From Candidatus Daviesbacteria bacterium (lineage in GTDB: Bacteria; Patescibacteriota; Microgenomatia; Daviesbacterales; UBA10151): a stretch of 64,000 nt of DNA. The DNA lies in contig JAQUSJ010000001.1 of NCBI GenBank assembly GCA_028715175.1, forward strand, positions 276,550 through 340,549, read 5' to 3'. The notes below the pieces were generated by a model, which did not search any database, was not told the DNA's origin, and saw only the letters and a list, made by a program, of their open reading frames with translations. Made by a program: the position numbers and the translations under genes. The first letter of the stretch is position 1. Each line of letters opens with the position of its first letter. This document shows positions 25,595 through 36,135 of the stretch, in pieces.

Positions 25595-26760
25595 TTAAAC
25601 AATTCTAGGTTGGGGATGGGAGCGGTGTTTTGAAGTATAAAATTTTGGGCATAGAGATAAATTGCTAGTAGTATTATAGGTAGGATTATTTTAAACTCAC
25701 GGCTTGTTAAAATTTTTTCAAATGCAATTAACACAAACGGCACAATAGGCAGCAAGTATCTGCTGATATCCCTGTGGGATACAAAGGTACTGGCCGTAAG
25801 ATAAGTTAAAACAAAAAAAGCTAAAGGATAAAGTTTTTGTTTTAATAACATTAGCCCTCCTAAAAATCCTAATGTAAATATATAGACAATGTCTTCTAAC
25901 CACATACTTCCTACCCAAAACTCATTTTTATTAAAAACTTTGAAAGGAGGAAAGCTAAGGTGAATATTATCTCCGCTGTGAAAGTAAGCAAAAAAATCAT
26001 GGTAGGCAGTGGAGTATAAATAGAAAACACCAAGAAGCGTTAGCGGGATGAGGAGCAGAGGAGAGTAGGAGATGATGCTGGAGATTGTGCGACGAAGGAG
26101 ATTGCTCCCTTTTTGGGTAATAATTTTCCAGGTAAGATAAAAAATTAAAGCTAAAAACAGCAATATCCCGGGCGGTCTGGTTAATTGCGCCAACATCCCA
26201 AAAATTCCTGCTGATAAAATAAATAGAGGGCGCGGAGACAGCTCAAACCGTAGAAAAAAATAAAGTGCAGTAGTGACAAAGAAAATAAAAACCGGTTCTG
26301 CCGACCCGACGCTATGAACAATTAACCACCGGGCGGGCAAAATCAAAAAAATAAAAGATAAAAAAAGCGGATGATCGGTTAATTTAAAATCATTTACTAA
26401 TAAGTAAAAAATTATCACAGAAAAACAAGTAAAAATTAGGGAAACAAAAATCATTGATTTTAAAAAGCCTAATAGTGGTGAAAATAATAAAATAAGTAAA
26501 GCATAGCCGGGGAAATGGGCAGCGTAATAGTTGGCGGAAAGCGTTTGGGGCAAGTTTGCGATAATTGTGGGGTTGTAAAACGATTTAGCGATAATTACGT
26601 ACTCTAAACCGTCGAAGTTTCGGTAAATAGTAGAAAATCCTTCTTTAAAGCTTAGTCCCCAAAAGTTTGGCAGTGCTAAAATGTGAGGCAACCAAACAAA
26701 TATGGTAACGATAATTGTAAGGAACGTGAGGATAATGCAATCTTTGACGGATTTTGACAT
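25591..26760 (-). CDS. GT-C mannosyltransferase-like protein (PIG-V/Gpi18-like)
   Basis: NFDGLEYVIIAK, AHFPGY, SAEPVF, LTRPPG, ISRYLL; multi-pass. Confidence 0.7.
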   Translation of the reverse strand: MSKSVKDCIILTFLTIIVTIFVWLPHILALPNFWGLSFKEGFSTIYRNFDGLEYVIIAKSFYNPTIIANLPQTLSANYYAAHFPGYALLILLFSPLLGFLKSMIFVSLIFTCFSVIIFYLLVNDFKLTDHPLFLSFIFLILPARWLIVHSVGSAEPVFIFFVTTALYFFLRFELSPRPLFILSAGIFGMLAQLTRPPGILLFLALIFYLTWKIITQKGSNLLRRTISSIISYSPLLLIPLTLLGVFYLYSTAYHDFFAYFHSGDNIHLSFPPFKVFNKNEFWVGSMWLEDIVYIFTLGFLGGLMLLKQKLYPLAFFVLTYLTASTFVSHRDISRYLLPIVPFVLIAFEKILTSREFKIILPIILLAIYLYAQNFILQNTAPIPNLELFN

Positions 26761-26770
26761 ACTTACTTAA

Positions 26771-26804
26771 ATCATAGCAGAAGTTTAAGAGATTATGCTA
26801 CACT
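26771..26804. promoter_or_regulatory. Divergent extended -10 promoters
   Basis: Minus strand TGCTATGAT (26779-26771) 10 nt before ATG 26760; plus strand TGCTACACT (26796-26804) 7 nt before ATG 26812. Confidence 0.6.
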
Positions 26805-26811
26805 TTAATTC

Positions 26812-28983
26812 ATGAATATAGCCGGACTATCAGTCTTTTTTCCTTGCATTAACGAAGAAGGAAGTATTGAACATATTGTGCGTAAAGCAGAACAGGTCCT
26901 GAAAAAATTAAACCTCAAACACGAAATTATTGTTGTTGACGATGGTTCAACCGACCGGACCGGCCAAATTGCAGATAAAATGGCCCGGGAAAATTCTAAT
27001 ATAAGGGTTATCCATCATCTTAAAAATTTAGGTTATGGAGAAGCCTTAAAATCCGGTTTCTACAGCGCAAAATATGACATTATTGTTTATACCGACGGAG
27101 ACGGTCAGTTTGATTTTTCGGAAGTGGAAAAGTTTTTGGAAAAAATCCGGTACAATGACGCGATTTTCGGGTATAGAATAAAGCGGAAAGACCCGTTTTT
27201 TAGAATACTTTTTAAAAAAGGTTGGAAGCTGTCGCTTTTAACTTTCTTTGGTTTGACTCTAAAAGACGTGGACTGCGGTTTTAAAATGGTTCGAAAAGAA
27301 GTTTTAGAAAAAATACCTCATTTACAATCTTCAAGAGGGGCGATGATAAATGCGGAGCTTGCCATTTTGGTTCAAAAATACGGTTTCAGAATTGCGGAGG
27401 TTGGGGTAAACCATTATCCCAGAATTTCAGGTAAGCCTACAGGAGCAAATTTGAATGTAATTTTCAAGTCCTATATTGATTTATTGCAACTTTGGTGGAA
27501 GTTTAAAGACGCTAAAAGCTTGTTTTTGCTGTTCATCGGGATTTTGATACTTGCGTCTTTTCTGCGTTTTTACAAGCTCGGAGAATATATGACTTTTTTA
27601 GGAGACGAGGGCAGGGATGCCATAGTTATTAAAAATATGCTTATTAATCATCACTTTCCATTGATTGGTCCGCCTACCTCCGTGGGTAATATTTATTTAG
27701 GTCCGCTTTATTATTATATGATGGCTCTCCCTATGCTGATTTTTTCTCTTAGTCCGGTGTCAGCTGCCGGAATGAATGCTTTTTTTGGTGTAATGAGTGT
27801 AATCTTTATTTATTATCTTGGTAAAAGCTGGTTTAACCGGCAGGCGGCTCTCCTGGCAGCCTATTTATATGCCATTTCTCCCGTAACAATTATCTACTCC
27901 AGGTCTTCATGGAACCCTAATCCGGCCCCGTTTTTTGCCCTAAGTTCAATATTTAGTTTGTATAAGCTATTTAAGACAGGTAACTTTTTGTGGCTTATTT
28001 TAACCGGTCTCTCGGTTGGAGCGGCTTTGCAGATGCATTATCTTGCTGTGATTTTAATACCTGTTGTGGTCGTCCTCTGGTTTTATGAAATTTTCAGAAG
28101 GCGTTACAAAAAGTTAAAAATCGAAAAATTGTTTGGTGGAAGTTTATTAGGGATAGCTTCGTTTTTATTTATCATGTCACCCCTTGTTTGGTTCGATCTC
28201 CGGCATAATTTTTTAAACTATAGAGCTATAACAGAACTTTTTAGTTCCGGCAATGCAATTAAGGCCGATCTTGTTGCAAATATTTTAAAGATACCCTCTC
28301 TTTATTCGTACAATTTAATTGGAAGATATATCGGAGGAGAGAATTCTTATCTAACGGTAATTGTATCTTTATTGGTTATTGTCGCACTGGTATATAGATT
28401 TTCGTACTGGCCTAAACTTGCTTTAGCCGTATGGTTGATAGTGGGTCTTCTCGGGCTTACCTTTTATCAACAGAGTATTTATGATCATTATTTGGGGTTT
28501 TTAAATCCTGTTCCGTTTTTGCTTTTAGGGTCCCTAGCTTCAATCCGTATTCCTAAACGGAAGGTGGTAAGATGGTTTATGGTTTCTGTCCTGGTGGTGT
28601 TGACGGTATTTCTAACAATAGTCAACTTTCAAAAAAATCCTCTGCGCAATCCGCCAAATAATCAACTGAAAAGAACTCAAGAAATAGCAAAGTTTATTAT
28701 CAGTCAGGCAAATGGTAAAGATTTTAATTTTGCCTTAATTGCTGAAAGAAATTATGATTCGGCATACCAATTTTATCTTGATATATATGGTCATAAGCCA
28801 AAACAAGTGCCTTTTGATATAACAGAAGAACTATTTGTTGTCTGCGAAGATTCTACATGTGACCCAACTCACAGTGCAAAGTATGAAATTGCCGCCTTTG
28901 GCTGGTCAAAAATTGAATGGATGCAAAATCTTTACGGGGTAAAGATATATAAATTAGTACACAACCCGTCAGGGAAACCATGA
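26812..28983 (+). CDS. Fusion of a GT2 polyprenyl-P-sugar synthase domain and a GT-C transferase
   Basis: N-terminal VVDDGSTD, NLGYG, TDGDGQF, DVDCGFK; C-terminal FLGDEGRD, IGPPTS, SWNPNP and many TMs, one frame. Confidence 0.85.
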   Translation: MNIAGLSVFFPCINEEGSIEHIVRKAEQVLKKLNLKHEIIVVDDGSTDRTGQIADKMARENSNIRVIHHLKNLGYGEALKSGFYSAKYDIIVYTDGDGQFDFSEVEKFLEKIRYNDAIFGYRIKRKDPFFRILFKKGWKLSLLTFFGLTLKDVDCGFKMVRKEVLEKIPHLQSSRGAMINAELAILVQKYGFRIAEVGVNHYPRISGKPTGANLNVIFKSYIDLLQLWWKFKDAKSLFLLFIGILILASFLRFYKLGEYMTFLGDEGRDAIVIKNMLINHHFPLIGPPTSVGNIYLGPLYYYMMALPMLIFSLSPVSAAGMNAFFGVMSVIFIYYLGKSWFNRQAALLAAYLYAISPVTIIYSRSSWNPNPAPFFALSSIFSLYKLFKTGNFLWLILTGLSVGAALQMHYLAVILIPVVVVLWFYEIFRRRYKKLKIEKLFGGSLLGIASFLFIMSPLVWFDLRHNFLNYRAITELFSSGNAIKADLVANILKIPSLYSYNLIGRYIGGENSYLTVIVSLLVIVALVYRFSYWPKLALAVWLIVGLLGLTFYQQSIYDHYLGFLNPVPFLLLGSLASIRIPKRKVVRWFMVSVLVVLTVFLTIVNFQKNPLRNPPNNQLKRTQEIAKFIISQANGKDFNFALIAERNYDSAYQFYLDIYGHKPKQVPFDITEELFVVCEDSTCDPTHSAKYEIAAFGWSKIEWMQNLYGVKIYKLVHNPSGKP

Positions 28984-29720
28984 AAAAACTATCAGTTGTT
29001 ATCCCTTCCTATAATGAAGCAGTTAATTTAAAAAAAGGAGTCTTGAGTGATGTAGAAAGTTCTCTACAAGAGTTAAAAGTTGATTATGAGGTGATTATAG
29101 TAGATGACGGTTCCTCGGACGATTCGGTAGATCTGATTAAAAAATATATTTCTCAAAATGAAGATTTTAAGCTGATTCAAAACCCTCATGGAGGAAAAGC
29201 AAATGCTGTGATGACAGGGATGCTGGAAGCTAAAAGTGAAATAGTGCTTTTTACGGATATGGATCAGGCGACTCCCATCAGTCAAGTTGAAAAATTTCTC
29301 CCTAAATTTGAGAGAGGTTTTGATATTGTGATTGGATCCCGTCGCGGAAGAAAGGGAGCGCCTTTAATCCGAAAATTATCGGCATGGGGATTTTCCGTAC
29401 TACGCGGAATAATCTTGGGTCTGCCTTTTAAAGATACGCAGTGCGGTTTTAAGGCTTTTAATAAAGGGTCGGTTTTAAAAATTATTCCCAAAATTAAAAA
29501 CGAATGGGGAGTGGTGCATTTTAAAGGCGGAGCAGTAAATGCGGGATTTGATGTTGAGGTTTTGTATTTGGCCAAAAAATACGGATTTAAGATAGCGGAA
29601 GTTGAGGTGGAATGGAAATATGTAGATACAGAAAGGGTACAGATTATAAAAGATGCTATGGCAGCCGTATATGATATGTTTCGAATCAGATGGAATGATT
29701 TAGCAGGGAAGTACCAGTAG
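28980..29720 (+). CDS. GT2, Alg5/dolichyl-phosphate glucosyltransferase-like
   Basis: IPSYNE, VDDGSSD, GGKANAV, FTDMDQATP, DTQCGFK, FDVEVL. Confidence 0.85.
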   Translation: MKKLSVVIPSYNEAVNLKKGVLSDVESSLQELKVDYEVIIVDDGSSDDSVDLIKKYISQNEDFKLIQNPHGGKANAVMTGMLEAKSEIVLFTDMDQATPISQVEKFLPKFERGFDIVIGSRRGRKGAPLIRKLSAWGFSVLRGIILGLPFKDTQCGFKAFNKGSVLKIIPKIKNEWGVVHFKGGAVNAGFDVEVLYLAKKYGFKIAEVEVEWKYVDTERVQIIKDAMAAVYDMFRIRWNDLAGKYQ

Positions 29721-29733
29721 ACAATTTAAACGG

Positions 29734-29748
29734 GTAAGTTGGTATAAT
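29734..29748 (+). promoter_or_regulatory. Extended -10 promoter, leaderless spacing
   Basis: TGGTATAAT (29740-29748) 6 nt before GTG 29755. Confidence 0.65.
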
Positions 29749-29754
29749 GTTAAG

Positions 29755-31278
29755 GTGGATTTTTTAGTTAAACGTCGCAGAGGAATTTTAATCCTCATTG
29801 CCTTAATTGCTGTGTATTTTATTCTTAGACTGCCGAATTTGACTTTGCAGCCTATCTTTGCAGATGAGGCGATTTATATCAGATGGGCGCAAGTGATGAG
29901 AGCTGAATCAACCCTGCGTTTTCTGCCTTTATCCGATGGGAAAACCCCGCTTTTTATGTGGGCTATGATTCCTCTTTTCAAATTTATCCACGATCCGCTT
30001 CTGGCAGGAAGAGTTCTTTCTGTGATCTCCGGTTTTTTTACTTTGCTTGGGGTATTTTTCCTATCCAGGAAAATCTATAATACACGGACCGCATTTTGGG
30101 CAAGTTTATTGTATGTGATTACTCCTTATACTGTATTTTTTGACCGGATGGCTCTGGTTGATTCAATGCTGGCTGCTTTTACTGTCTGGTCGGTTTATTT
30201 TGCCGTCTGGCTGGTAAGTAGTTTGAGATTAGATATTGCCATGATCTTAGGTTATTTGTTGGGAGGTGGTATCTTAACAAAAACACCGGGTATGTTTAAT
30301 CTGCTTGTATTGCCTATAACAATAATAGGATTTATTAGAAGAAAGGGAGGAAAAAATGCGCTGATTAAGTTAATAGCCTTATGGGGTGTTGCGATCGGAA
30401 TTGCGCTGGCTATGTATAACATGTTGCGACTCGGGCCAAATTTTCAAATGTTATCTTCAAGGAATATGGATTATATTTTTTCTCCAATGGAGTTAATCGG
30501 CAGACCCTTGGACCCGTTCATCCCCCATTTCAATGATATCGCCGATTGGTTCCCCAAACTTCTAACCTGGCCAATTTTATTTTGTGTTGTGATGGGAATG
30601 ATTTACATAATATACATGATATGGCAACAAATGTTCCGCGGGCCGTCTTTGTTGGGAGGGATAATTTTGCTTTGGGCGCTCATTCCGTTGCTTTTGAATA
30701 TGGCATTTTTGCGAACTTTTACTGCCCGTTATCTTTTTCCTTCGATTCCATTATTTTTGGTGATAGCCGGATTTGGAGCAACAAAAATACTACCGAGGCT
30801 TGCATATATAAGACGCTTCCCTATTCTTCTGATGTTGATAGTTCTTTTGCCTCTTCCATTATATTTTGATTTTTTCTTATTAACTTCGCCCGGGAAGGTG
30901 CCGCTTCCCAAGGAGGAGAGAAAGGGGTATTTTGAAGATTGGACTTCCGGGTATGGATTTTCCGATATCGCAAAGTTTCTTTTGGAGAAAAGTAGAGATA
31001 AAAAGGTTGTTCTTGGAACAGCCGGTTCTTTCGGAACATTGCCTGACGGGATTCAAATTTATCTTGATAAATCAAAAATATCAATAGTAACCAGCAGCGC
31101 TACTATTTCGGCGCAGGTCAGAAATGCCGCAAAAGATAACCTTACCTACTTTATTGGAAACAAACGGGATTTGGAAGGCAGCGCCAGCGATATTGTGCTG
31201 ATAAAAGAATACCCAAAATTGAAGCCATTAGATAATTCCTTGCAAGATGCTACAGTTTTATATCAAGTGCTGCCTTAA
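29755..31278 (+). CDS. GT-C fold glycosyltransferase (PMT_2/ArnT-like)
   Basis: PIFADEAIY, DGKTPLFMW, FFDRMALVD, LTK, TARY; GTG start. Confidence 0.78.
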   Translation: MDFLVKRRRGILILIALIAVYFILRLPNLTLQPIFADEAIYIRWAQVMRAESTLRFLPLSDGKTPLFMWAMIPLFKFIHDPLLAGRVLSVISGFFTLLGVFFLSRKIYNTRTAFWASLLYVITPYTVFFDRMALVDSMLAAFTVWSVYFAVWLVSSLRLDIAMILGYLLGGGILTKTPGMFNLLVLPITIIGFIRRKGGKNALIKLIALWGVAIGIALAMYNMLRLGPNFQMLSSRNMDYIFSPMELIGRPLDPFIPHFNDIADWFPKLLTWPILFCVVMGMIYIIYMIWQQMFRGPSLLGGIILLWALIPLLLNMAFLRTFTARYLFPSIPLFLVIAGFGATKILPRLAYIRRFPILLMLIVLLPLPLYFDFFLLTSPGKVPLPKEERKGYFEDWTSGYGFSDIAKFLLEKSRDKKVVLGTAGSFGTLPDGIQIYLDKSKISIVTSSATISAQVRNAAKDNLTYFIGNKRDLEGSASDIVLIKEYPKLKPLDNSLQDATVLYQVLP

Positions 31279-31290
31279 TCTTTAAAATTT

Positions 31291-32952
31291 ATGAAAAAAG
31301 CCTTAGTGATTTTTTTCTTTTTAAGTTTTATAACCCTTCCGACTATTTTGCCCTTTTTGTCACTCAAATTTTTTTATACCCAGGATTATATTTTTATAGC
31401 CAGACTGCAACAGATGAGTTCAGCGCTATTTTCCGGCCAATTTCCTGTCAGATGGGTGCCGGATTTAAGATACGGCGAACCTCTTTTTAATTTTTATGCG
31501 CCCCTGCCCTATTACTTGGGGGCAATAATTAAACTGACAGGATTAAATTTTATCTGGGTTGCAAAAATATTATTTATATCCAGCAGTATTTTATCGGCTG
31601 TGACAATGTATATCTTATGTCGCAAACTCTTTAATCGCAAAGCTGCAATCTTAGCGGTTTTTCTTTATACTTATGCTCCTTACAGGGCAGTTGATATTTA
31701 TGTCCGGGGAGCATTATCAGAAGCTTGGGCTTTTGTATTTTTCCCGCTGATTTTTTATGCCTCTCTGCTTTTATCTGAAAAATCGAGCATAAAGAGGATT
31801 TTACTTCTTGTTTTTTCTTTAGCAGGATTATTTTTAACTCATAATGTTGCAACTTTAATGTTTTTACCGTCCCTTTTTTTGTGGTGGATATATCTTGTAT
31901 TAACAAAAAGAAACTGGAAATTAATTTTCCCTAATTTAACCGCTTTAGGTTTAAGTTTAGGCTTAGCCGCATTTTTCCTGCTTCCGGCTTTATTAGAACG
32001 GCAATTTATTCAAACAAAATATTTGATAGTCGGTTATTTTGATTTTCGTGCTCATTTTGTGGCTTTCTCTCAATTTTTTTCAACATTTTGGGGATACGGA
32101 TCCTCGCTTTGGGGACGAGATGATGGTTTATCATTCCAGATAGGACTTATTCACTGGGCCGTTCTTGCATTGGCTTTATTTTTAGGACTCTTCCTTATAA
32201 GGAATAAGCACAATTTCGTTGCCAATAAAAAGTTTTTAATATTTTTGTTATTTCTGGGAGTTAATTTTTTACTCTCTTTATTTTTGCAACATAACAAATC
32301 TGCATTCATCTGGGAAGCAATTCCTGCTATGGCTTTTATTCAATTCCCCTGGAGATTTTTAGCAATCTCAATTTTCTTCGTTGCAATAATTGGCGCAGCA
32401 TTAACAAGTTATTTTCAGGATAAGTTTAAACTGGTATATTTTATTTTGATCATTGCCGTAGTTGTTGCAAACTTTGGATATTTTAGGCCTAAGGAATATG
32501 TTGATGATAGTTTCTTTGATAAATTTTTAAATATAGAGACTATGCGGAAAGGGGTAGATTTGACAAAGGACTATCTACCGATTTGGGTTGCTACTACTGA
32601 TGGTGAAAGGTTCAATACTCCACAAGCAGAAAAGGGTGAAATTACAGTTTCTTCCTTTAAACAAAGTTCAATAAGATTTAATTTTGATGCTAAAGTTTCC
32701 TCAAACGCTTTGATTGACATACCTATTACATATTTCCCCGGTTGGCAAGTTCAAGCAAATAACCAGTTAATCTCTCAAAGCTCTCCTTCGAAAATGGGGC
32801 TTATCAGGTTCGAACTTCCAAAAGGGAGCTATGCAATTAATATTGAGTTCAAAGATACTCCCATAAGAACTATAGGAAATATTATTTCATTTGTTTCGGC
32901 AGTAGCGATTTCGATGTTGTTTCTTTTTAGAAAGAAATATTTAAATGTATAA
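31291..32952 (+). CDS. GT-C membrane protein, PTPS-related/YfhO-like subfamily
   Basis: RWVPDL.YGEPLFNFYAPLPYY, YVRGALSE, QFPWRFL, DYLP, YFPGW. Confidence 0.75.
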   Translation: MKKALVIFFFLSFITLPTILPFLSLKFFYTQDYIFIARLQQMSSALFSGQFPVRWVPDLRYGEPLFNFYAPLPYYLGAIIKLTGLNFIWVAKILFISSSILSAVTMYILCRKLFNRKAAILAVFLYTYAPYRAVDIYVRGALSEAWAFVFFPLIFYASLLLSEKSSIKRILLLVFSLAGLFLTHNVATLMFLPSLFLWWIYLVLTKRNWKLIFPNLTALGLSLGLAAFFLLPALLERQFIQTKYLIVGYFDFRAHFVAFSQFFSTFWGYGSSLWGRDDGLSFQIGLIHWAVLALALFLGLFLIRNKHNFVANKKFLIFLLFLGVNFLLSLFLQHNKSAFIWEAIPAMAFIQFPWRFLAISIFFVAIIGAALTSYFQDKFKLVYFILIIAVVVANFGYFRPKEYVDDSFFDKFLNIETMRKGVDLTKDYLPIWVATTDGERFNTPQAEKGEITVSSFKQSSIRFNFDAKVSSNALIDIPITYFPGWQVQANNQLISQSSPSKMGLIRFELPKGSYAINIEFKDTPIRTIGNIISFVSAVAISMLFLFRKKYLNV

Positions 32953-34654
32953 AATTATTGGTTCACATAAAGAATTTATCATTGGATTGCTGCTGACTTT
33001 GTCTTTGCTCTGGCCGCTTTTCACGGCTCCTTACTTTACCCATCATGATGACGTACAAGTGATTAGAATTTATGAGATGGATAAATGCATTAAAGATCAT
33101 CAAATACCATGCCGGTGGGTGCCGGATTTGGGCGGTTTATACGGCTATCCGATTTTTAACTATTATGCACCCCTGCCTTATTACTTTGGTGAATTGGTTT
33201 ATTTGTTCACTAACAATCTGTTAATTTCGGCAAAGGCAATGTTTATTATCAGTTTTCTGGGATCTTATGTTTTTATGTATCTTTTAGCATCAAAGCTGTG
33301 GGGTAAAAAAGGAGGTTCTCTAGCTGCTGTTTTTTTTGAGTTTGCACCTTACCATGCGCTTGATTTTTACGTCAGGGGAGCGATGGGTGAGTTATGGGGA
33401 TTAATGCTTTTTCCTGCTATCTTTTGGGCTTTGATAAGATTGGAAGAGAAAATAAATATTCTCCGTCTTTTACTGTTGGCAATATCCATTGCTGCGCTCG
33501 TAGTCTCACACAATCTTTCAGCCTTAATCTTTTTGCCACTGGTCTTAATTTGGGCGGCTATAATATTTTTTAGAAGAAAAAATGCCAAATTTTTATGGTT
33601 CTCCTTAGGAGGAATAATTCTTGCTGTGGCTTTATCTTCATTTTATTTATTTCCGGCCTTGTTTGAAAAGAATTTTGTTCATCTTGGAACTACAATTGGA
33701 GGATATTTTTCATATACGGAACATTTTAAGGGATTTAGAAAATTATTCTTGGATAGGTCTTGGGGGTATGATTCATCAATCAGGGAAGTTCCGGGAGGAG
33801 AGAAAGATGGACTTTCTTATCAGATAGGATGGGTACATCTTGCGGGATGGATTTTATCATTGGTTGCGGCAAAGATATTATGGAAAAAGAATAAAAATTT
33901 GAGCATTATAATCGGATTTTCTTCATTTGTGATTTTACTTTCAATTTTTATGATCAATCCAAGATCGGAATTTGTCTGGAAGCTGATTGATCCGTTAAAA
34001 TACCTGCAATTTCCCTGGCGATTTTTGCTGCTTGTGGTATTTTTTATATCATTTGTTTCAGGTAGTATTTTCCTGGCTGATTTCAAGCGCAAAAATGTTT
34101 TGTGGGCATTTTTAATTATTGCGGTTGTTGTTTTTAATTTTTCCTATTTTAGGCCGGCAAAATTTATTAAAACAAATGACGAAAAACGCTTAAGCGGTAA
34201 AGATTGGGATACACAGATAAAGCGTTCAATTTTTGATTATTTGCCTATTTATGCAAAAGAACCGCCGGCAGAACTTGCTACTTCAAGGTACCAAATTTTA
34301 ACGGGCGACAGTCGGATTTTTGATTTTCAAGAGGGGACAAATTGGATTACTTTTAAAACGCAAACGCAGACACACACAATTATCCGCTTATCGCAGTATT
34401 ATTTTCCCGATTGGAAGGTATTTGTAGATCAAAAAGAAGTAAAAGTTGAATATAAAAACAACAGTTTAGGTTTAATGACTATTATCTTGGGTAAAGGCTC
34501 TCATGAAATTACAGCAAGGCTTTATGACACTCAGATTAGATGTCTTTCAAATTTTATCACTTTAATAGGGTTTGCAGTTAGTGCAATATTATTCTTAATT
34601 TCTTTCCAAAGAGTCCGTCGATGGATGTCATATTACAGGAAAAGAATGAATTAA
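32945..34654 (+). CDS. GT-C membrane protein, PTPS-related/YfhO-like subfamily
   Basis: FTHHDD, RWVPDL...GYPIFNYYAPLPYY, YVRGAMGE, QFPWRFL, DYLP, YFPDW. Confidence 0.75.
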   Translation: MYKIIGSHKEFIIGLLLTLSLLWPLFTAPYFTHHDDVQVIRIYEMDKCIKDHQIPCRWVPDLGGLYGYPIFNYYAPLPYYFGELVYLFTNNLLISAKAMFIISFLGSYVFMYLLASKLWGKKGGSLAAVFFEFAPYHALDFYVRGAMGELWGLMLFPAIFWALIRLEEKINILRLLLLAISIAALVVSHNLSALIFLPLVLIWAAIIFFRRKNAKFLWFSLGGIILAVALSSFYLFPALFEKNFVHLGTTIGGYFSYTEHFKGFRKLFLDRSWGYDSSIREVPGGEKDGLSYQIGWVHLAGWILSLVAAKILWKKNKNLSIIIGFSSFVILLSIFMINPRSEFVWKLIDPLKYLQFPWRFLLLVVFFISFVSGSIFLADFKRKNVLWAFLIIAVVVFNFSYFRPAKFIKTNDEKRLSGKDWDTQIKRSIFDYLPIYAKEPPAELATSRYQILTGDSRIFDFQEGTNWITFKTQTQTHTIIRLSQYYFPDWKVFVDQKEVKVEYKNNSLGLMTIILGKGSHEITARLYDTQIRCLSNFITLIGFAVSAILFLISFQRVRRWMSYYRKRMN

Positions 34655-34659
34655 AGACT

Positions 34660-36135
34660 ATGGATGAAAGCGTTGAACAGATTGATCCGACTAAAGAGCT
34701 GACTACGGAAATTATTAAAACGCGAGCTGTTAAAGGCGCCGCAATTTTGACTGGAAGAATGGTTCTAATGCAGGGAATATCCTTTTTTTCAATGGCTCTT
34801 TTGACAGCCTTTCTTTCCCCGGCAGAATTCGGGGTTTATTTTGTCGTGTCGGCAGTTAAGAATTTCCTGGCTTATTTTGGCGATATTGGTTTTGCTCCGG
34901 CTTTAATCCAGAAACAAGAGAAGCCAACCGATCTTGAATTAAAAACTATATTTACTGCCCAACAGCTGCTTATTTTAATATTATTGGGAATAGGTTTTCT
35001 GCTTACTTTTTTAATACAAAATATTTATAATTTAAATCAGGCAGCAATTTATTTATTTTGGGCACTTCTTTTTTCTTTGTTTTTTTCATCGTTAAAAACG
35101 ATTCCTACTGTTTTACTGGAGAGAAAGTTAGAATTTAATAAATGGGTAATTCCGCAAATCATTGAAAATATAATTTTTAATTTAACAGCCGTAACTTTGG
35201 CCTGGAAAGGATTCGGAGTCACAAGCTATACTGTTGCCGTACTTTTATCCGGTTTCATAGGTCTTTTCGTTACATATATAGTTCAGCCCTGGCTTCCCGG
35301 AATTGCATTTTCGGTTAAATCTTTTAAGTCAATATTAAAGTTTGGCATCCCCTATCAAGCAAATACACTTCTTGCGATGGTGAAAGATGACGGTATGACG
35401 CTTTTTTTAGGAGGGGTATTAGGTCCTTCCGGTGTCGGATTTTTGGGGTGGGCTCAGAAATGGGCTTATGCGCCACTCCGGTTTTTTATGGATCAGGTAA
35501 TCAAGGTGACTTTTCCGGCTTTTTCAAGATTGCAGGATAACAGAAAAGACTTGTCAGACTTAGTTTCGAAGTCTATTTTTTTCATCTGTATTTTGGTTTT
35601 TCCATCTCTCGTGATGCTGGTTCTGGTGACACCCAGTTTAGTGCAGGTAATACCAAAGTATATTAAATGGAGTCCTGCCGTTTTTGCGCTTTCGGTTTTA
35701 ACAATAAATTCCGGTTTGGCAGCAATAACCACTCCATTGACGAATACTCTGAATGCTATCGGCAAAATAACTCTGACTTTTAAGTTGATGATTATGTGGA
35801 CTATATTAACTTGGATTTTTGTTCCAGCGCTTGCTGTGCTTTATGGGGTTAATGGCGCAGCCGTAGGGTTTGCTATTGTCGGATTAAGCTCTGTTATAGC
35901 TTTATATCTGGTTTCAAAACATGTTGATATAAACTATTTGCAAAGTGTTGGAAAACCGGTTCTCGCGTCAATTTTCATGGGAATTTGCGTATTTATTATC
36001 AGTAGTCTTTTTTCCGTGTCTTGGCAGCAGATAATAGGTATGGTTGTTGCAGGTTTGATTTCCTATTCTTTGACTATTTTTATGCTTGAACCAAAGCTGC
36101 CGCTTTTAATTAAAAATCAATTCAGAAGAAAATAA
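34660..36135 (+). CDS. wzx: Wzx-type (MOP/PST) oligosaccharide flippase
   Basis: LSPAEFG, DIGFAPALIQ, LERKLEF, AWKGFGV, VTFPAFSRLQ; 12-14 TMs; ATG 34660 preferred. Confidence 0.85.
   Translation: MDESVEQIDPTKELTTEIIKTRAVKGAAILTGRMVLMQGISFFSMALLTAFLSPAEFGVYFVVSAVKNFLAYFGDIGFAPALIQKQEKPTDLELKTIFTAQQLLILILLGIGFLLTFLIQNIYNLNQAAIYLFWALLFSLFFSSLKTIPTVLLERKLEFNKWVIPQIIENIIFNLTAVTLAWKGFGVTSYTVAVLLSGFIGLFVTYIVQPWLPGIAFSVKSFKSILKFGIPYQANTLLAMVKDDGMTLFLGGVLGPSGVGFLGWAQKWAYAPLRFFMDQVIKVTFPAFSRLQDNRKDLSDLVSKSIFFICILVFPSLVMLVLVTPSLVQVIPKYIKWSPAVFALSVLTINSGLAAITTPLTNTLNAIGKITLTFKLMIMWTILTWIFVPALAVLYGVNGAAVGFAIVGLSSVIALYLVSKHVDINYLQSVGKPVLASIFMGICVFIISSLFSVSWQQIIGMVVAGLISYSLTIFMLEPKLPLLIKNQFRRK

Noticed and set aside
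31291-34654. Pterin biosynthesis implied by the PTPS-related family name
   Set aside because: These are multi-pass membrane proteins with no T-fold PTPS motifs; the label is historical
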